From NCBI GenBank assembly GCA_030141605.1, contig JAQGDQ010000623.1, forward strand, positions 110,174 through 125,280: DNA of 15,107 bases. Direction: 5' to 3'. The notes under the pieces were generated by a model that made no database searches, was not told the DNA's origin, and worked only from the letters and a program-made list of their open reading frames with translations. Every line of letters begins with the position of its first letter. The stretch's first letter is position 1. Made by a program: the position numbers and the translations under genes. Positions 10,484 to 15,107 of the stretch are shown in pieces. The DNA comes from Tubiluchus corallicola (taxonomy: Eukaryota > Animalia > Priapulida).

Positions 10484-10577
10484 ATGACTCTGATAGCCAT
10501 TTTGTTCCTGCTTTTGTGGTCAGTGGGATTTGAAACGTTGTCCAGTCAGCTGTTTGAGGGAAACAACCAACAAGGAG
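10484..10577 (+). CDS. iGluR/IR-like receptor, coding exon 1 (signal peptide)
   Basis: aaATG start. Translates MTLIAILFLLLWSVGFETLSSQLFEGNNQQG(D), with a hydrophobic signal-peptide core. Strong donor GAG|gtatgt, phase 1, compatible with the next exon. Confidence 0.75.
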
Positions 10578-10984
10578 GTATGTACACTATTCTGTCTAAT
10601 GCCTATGTTGTAAGCATTGTATTTTTCAACTAAAGTTAAACATCGTCGAATGTGCTCAGTACACGAATGGGTGACTGCCGGTCATTTAATTTGCCAAGCT
10701 GTTTCTGGCTTTGTCTCTCGTTGAGGATGTATTATTATTCAAACGTGACTGGACACCTCTGCTAATTCAGTGTCTCATCTTAGAACATTTGCCTCGGTCC
10801 CGCTACAATTATCAGCAACTAACCCATAAAAAGGCAATTTTATTTTAAACTATGTCCCAAACAACTTCTCAACACGAAGTTACATTACTCAGCATTATGC
10901 ATTACTGACTGAAAGGCTCGTGTAATTGGAAAAGAAAATCAAGAGTTCAAATGTGAATACAGTTGTAAGCTTGAAATTTAAATA

Positions 10985-11075
10985 AGTAAGTGAGTGAGTG
11001 AGTGAGTGAGTGAGTGAGTGAGTGAGTGAGTGAGTGAGTGAGCGAGTGAGTGAGTAAGTAAGTAAGTAAGTAAGT
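10985..11075. repeat. (GTGA)n/(GTAA)n tetranucleotide microsatellite
   Basis: Directly visible; abuts the mariner fragment. Confidence 0.95.
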
Positions 11076-11236
11076 TTCCGCAATTTTACGATAAGACCAT
11101 CCTTCTCGTCCACTTAAGAGTACCAAATCGATTCTTTCTTCCTTAGACAAAGCCATTTTCTTTCTGAGGAGAAAAAATAAAAACAAATAAATAAATAGTA
11201 AAATCCGCCATGTACCCAGACTTTATGGACACCCTG
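11076..11236 (-). mobile_element. Tc1/mariner-family relic: one TIR plus the transposase N-terminus
   Basis: Minus strand reads TA|CAGGGTGTCCATAAAGTCTGGGTACAT (typical Tc1/mariner TIR start with TA target). ATG at 11156 then gives MALSKEERIDLVLLSGREGWSYRKIAE, the start of an HTH domain (DUF4817-like by recall), cut by the microsatellite. Confidence 0.8.
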
Positions 11237-11522
11237 TACAGTACCAATTTTCGTGTTAGCAAACATTTTCAACACCCTCATTGAATATTTGTGGTGTTGA
11301 AATTATATTCAGTTGTGACGTCATAACTAACGAAGTTCTCCAACCATTAATTACGTTTTTAGCCTAGCAGTTTGGCACTATTATAGGTACTAAAGATATC
11401 TGCTTTACCACGTATAATGATGCCAAACTACAAGGCTAGTTTTACTGTACTTTAAAACAGGGTAGGATATGAAAAATCATGCTGTTTTCCTCTCATAAAC
11501 ATCAATGTAACTTTTTTCACAG

Positions 11523-11599
11523 ATTTTCAGGCAACTCGACAGAATGTTAGCACGGGGTGTTCCAGCTCTTCCAGGAAATGTCTGGAATTTAGTGACGAG
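11523..11599 (+). CDS. iGluR/IR-like receptor, coding exon 2
   Basis: ttttttcacag|AT ... GAG|gtaaga; 77 nt, phase 1 to 0. Translates (D)FQATRQNVSTGCSSSSRKCLEFSDE and links exons 1 and 3 in frame. No homology recognised. Confidence 0.68.
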
Positions 11600-11742
11600 G
11601 TAAGATACAGAAGTGATCAAGAATCAGGTTAAAGGAAGAGACAAGTCACTTAGCATGTTGGGGTAATTTACTGTTATCATTTTAACATTGGAAAAAATAA
11701 TTATGGCAAAGGAGACAAAGTTAATGGCAATGCAGACTTCAT

Positions 11743-11762
11743 TCAGTTACCTAGGTAACTGA
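11743..11762. promoter_or_regulatory. Second RFX X-box-like site (GTTACCTAGGTAAC, 11746-11759) within a perfect 20-bp palindrome
   Basis: TCAGTTACCT|AGGTAACTGA is exactly self-complementary; the core has two GTTRCC half-sites with a 2-nt spacer. Confidence 0.6.
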
Positions 11763-11865
11763 CATTAAACTTTCTTTTTTCTTCAATCATAACTAGTTTT
11801 AATTGGTTTTTAAAACGTTATGTAAATCTATATATTGCATTATAATTAACGTGATGTTTGTATTA

Positions 11866-12366
11866 AGGCCAGTGTGAACCTGACTTAATAAATTTTAATT
11901 TTGTAGCCAAGGTGGCTCCACCTAGCTGGAAAGTTTAAAGTGTGGGCATTGACCTAGTTATGTTTTTCATTTTGCTGTTCTGTAGTATATGTGAACATGT
12001 GTCTTGTGCAAGCTAGTGGAATTTGTCATTAGAGGCCAGTGTGAACCTGACTTAATAAATTATAATTTTGTAGCCAAGGTGGCTCCATCTAGCTGGAAAG
12101 TTTAAAGTGTGGGCGTTGACCTAGATATGTTTTTCATTTTGCTGTTCTGTAGTATATGTGAACATGTGTCTTGTGCAAGCTAGCGGAATTTGTCATTAGA
12201 GGCCAGTGTGAACCTGACTTAATAAATTTTAATTTTGTAGTCAAGGTGGCTCCATCTAGCTGGAAACTTTAAAGTGTGGGCGTTGACCTAGATATGTTTT
12301 TCATTTTGCTGTTGTATAGTATATGTGAACATGTGTCTTGTGCAAGCTAGCGGAATTTTTCATTAG
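11866..12366. repeat. Tandem triplication of a 167-bp unit
   Basis: AGGCCAGTGTGAACCTGACTTAATAAAT starts at 11866, 12033 and 12200; copies differ by a few substitutions. Confidence 0.95.
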
Positions 12367-12800
12367 ATATATGCCGCAACGATAAATAAAGATCAGTGGT
12401 TTATATGAAATTCAACTGAGACTTTTGAAGATTTGACATAAATGCCTCTCAGAGACACTAACAGTTTGTGTATGTTGTAGGTTTTAGTTGGTTTTATATT
12501 GTTATGTTAGTTATGTTATGTGTATTGGTTATTGTGCCGAAAAGTATGTTTTTATGTGTTTGTGTCATTTAAGTTTGCATTATATAATTGTATGTATTGC
12601 TTAATGTTTGATACCAATTGTTATATATTGTTTATATAGTTTATATATTGAAATCATTTATATTGGAGTAGCTTTATATTGAAATGTTTGCATTTGGCGA
12701 CACTTGTGGTGGTATTTTGTTTTTAACAGTAGTTGCAAAAGCGTTTTTTTAACTGGTTGTACGTAATTATTTTACTTGTATATATGATGCTTATGTATGT

Positions 12801-12918
12801 ATAACAATGGCAACAAAGTATTTTATATATACATATAATTATAATATATATTGTAATAATTAATATACATTAATTATATATATATATATTATATTAAAGA
12901 GTTATATATAATATATAT

Positions 12919-12953
<35 letters not shown>

Positions 12954-13080
12954 ATATATAATTAGTTAATATATAATTAATATATAATATATTTATATGT
13001 ATAATAATTAATGTATATGAATTAATACAATACATATTATAATTATATGTATATATAAAATATTTTGTTGCCATTGTTAT
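12801..13080. repeat. AT-rich inverted repeat (~77-bp arms) around a (TA)n core
   Basis: ATAACAATGGCAACAAAGTATTTTATATATACATATAATTATAAT... (from 12801) pairs with ...ATTATAATTATATGTATATATAAAATATTTTGTTGCCATTGTTAT (to 13080). Confidence 0.85.
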
Positions 13081-13360
13081 ATATGTATATATATAATTAA
13101 TTAATATATAATTAATATGTAATATATATATTAATATATGGCATATAACTATGTACCGGTCTATATATATATATATGTCATAGCTGCAGCAACATGCTAG
13201 AAGTTGCAATTTTTTTGTTTTTTTCTTTTACGTGAAAATAATCTGCTGAGACGTTGAATTTATTTTTAATTTTGGATCTATTATATAATTATCTCGTTTC
13301 TGTCAATAAGAGTTATGAACAGAAAATTTCGTGTAATTCAGTATATTTATTACCTTGCAG

Positions 13361-13487
13361 AATGAAACCATTTGGCCACGTGACCTGTACTATGAGGTAG
13401 TGGATTCATTAACGTCGATTACAGTACGTGGAGATCCTTTCATCTGGACATCAGTGGTCGTGATTTACGACAGCACTTCAGCTGCAG
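13361..13487 (+). CDS. iGluR/IR-like receptor, coding exon 3 (ATD, periplasmic-binding/ANF-receptor fold)
   Basis: taccttgcag|AAT ... GCAG|gtaaca; 127 nt, phase 0 to 1. Translates NETIWPRDLYYEVVDSLTSITVRGDPFIWTSVVVIYDSTSAA(G), resembling kainate-type LYPD...AILDLV...WKTVTVVYDDSTG. Confidence 0.85.
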
Positions 13488-14277
13488 GTAACAATAAAAT
13501 ACCTGTAACGGCTTCTCTGAATTAGACTAAATGTGTTTTCGTTAAAACTGAAGCCATTGAGTTGATTCGAAATATATCACTCACCTGACAGATAAAATGT
13601 ACACGTTAAACTTTACCTGAGATCAATTGTTTAGAACCTTAATTTCAAAATTTTTGGTAATTGAGTACTGGCAATAACGTCAGATTTGCAATCGAAAGTT
13701 CCCTGGCTCGAATCCAGATTCAGAATGATTTTTTTTACATTTCGTCTTTTCCAACATGTTTGCTTTACATTTCTAGGTTTATGCTGTAAAAAACCGTTGC
13801 AGTTATTCGGTGATATTATTTTTGTGCCACTATTCATGGCGTCATGCTAGTAGCCAACAGTTGAGCAACATTGAACTGATTAGTAATTGGATAAACTACC
13901 GGCTGGAAAGTTGCTTCTGGGTGGCTTTGCCTGCCATGTTAGTTCCAGCTATTTCTTTCGTTTAGGCGTGGGCAAAAACACACTCAAACGTGCTGTGCCG
14001 GGTTAGTGCTTCGTCTTAAAGGATTGTTATTGATAATTAGATGGGTTCCGGTCCCGCCACCAATCTTCGTTAAGCGAGACTTGTTATTGAGCACTACACA
14101 CCTAGCAGCTGAATGCCAGAATGCAAAGAAGACTTATGCACAGACGTTTAGTTGGAATTTCTGTAAAAAAATCACAGAAATTAAATCAAATTGATATTAA
14201 CAAATGACGTGCAGATCTTTCCATTCTGACAGATTATCAGAAACTTGTGTTTTGTTTGTTTTGCTGTTTTGTTATAG

Positions 14278-14456
14278 GTATAACTCGACTGTCTGCTAGC
14301 TTGGCGAGGAAGTCAGTTCAAGTTATTCTGTGGAATATTGATGTTTTCCAAGCCAATTTGTCCTCCATTTCCGTACAGAACGACAGATATGAGAATCTTA
14401 TCAAGACTTTTGTTGTCGATTGCAGTGTAGATAATGCACGCGAAGTCATGTCTAAG
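14278..14456 (+). CDS. iGluR/IR-like receptor, coding exon 4 (ATD lower lobe); gene continues beyond the window
   Basis: Long polypyrimidine tract ...gttatag|GT ... AAG|gtaacc; 179 nt, phase 1 to 0. Translates (G)ITRLSASLARKSVQVILWNIDVFQANLSSISVQNDRYENLIKTFVVDCSVDNAREVMSK, resembling GLIRLQELI....HVIFDCSHEMAAGILKQ of kainate receptors. Confidence 0.85.
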
Positions 14457-14519
14457 GTAACCTGAGCTATTGTGTATAACAATGGTGATTGGGTTTAGAT
14501 ATTATTTGTTTCACTGAGA

Positions 14520-15107
<588 letters not shown>

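Noticed and set aside
14155-14195. AAAAATCACAGAAA motif shared in reverse with ~3300-3320
   Set aside because: The match is short, A-rich and does not extend; insufficient to call a shared element.
14271-14283. Recursive-splicing-like AG|GT at the exon 4 acceptor
   Set aside because: The regenerated donor GTATAA is weak, the intron is short, and the GT is explained by the split Gly codon.

Overview
AT-rich, microsatellite-rich animal genomic DNA (probably invertebrate; the taxon cannot be fixed from sequence). Almost all ORFs in the supplied track are repeat artefacts, and the real genes are spliced. (1) The last four coding exons of a divergent EML/EMAP-family WD40 microtubule-associated protein lie on + (34-136, 1270-1365, 3778-3911, 4186-4362; GT-AG introns, phases consistent; AATAAA at 4609). 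(2) A 3.3-kb composite satellite (4763-8080) has three related blocks built from a ~23-bp monomer. (3) Two MITE-like foldback elements follow, one Kolobok-like. (4) The first four coding exons of an ionotropic glutamate receptor (iGluR/IR)-like gene lie on + (10484-10577, 11523-11599, 13361-13487, 14278-14456; continues past the window). It has a signal peptide, and its amino-terminal domain (ATD) appears to lack most of the first lobe. The most notable observation is two perfect palindromic RFX X-box motifs in this gene: GTTACCATGGTAAC just before the ATG, and GTTACCTAGGTAAC inside a 20-bp palindrome in intron 2. They suggest a receptor under the ciliogenic RFX programme in ciliated sensory cells. 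Introns also hold LINE, Tc1/mariner and probable PIF/Harbinger relics, a 3x167-bp repeat and an AT-rich hairpin. All family assignments come from manual translation and recalled motifs, not database searches.
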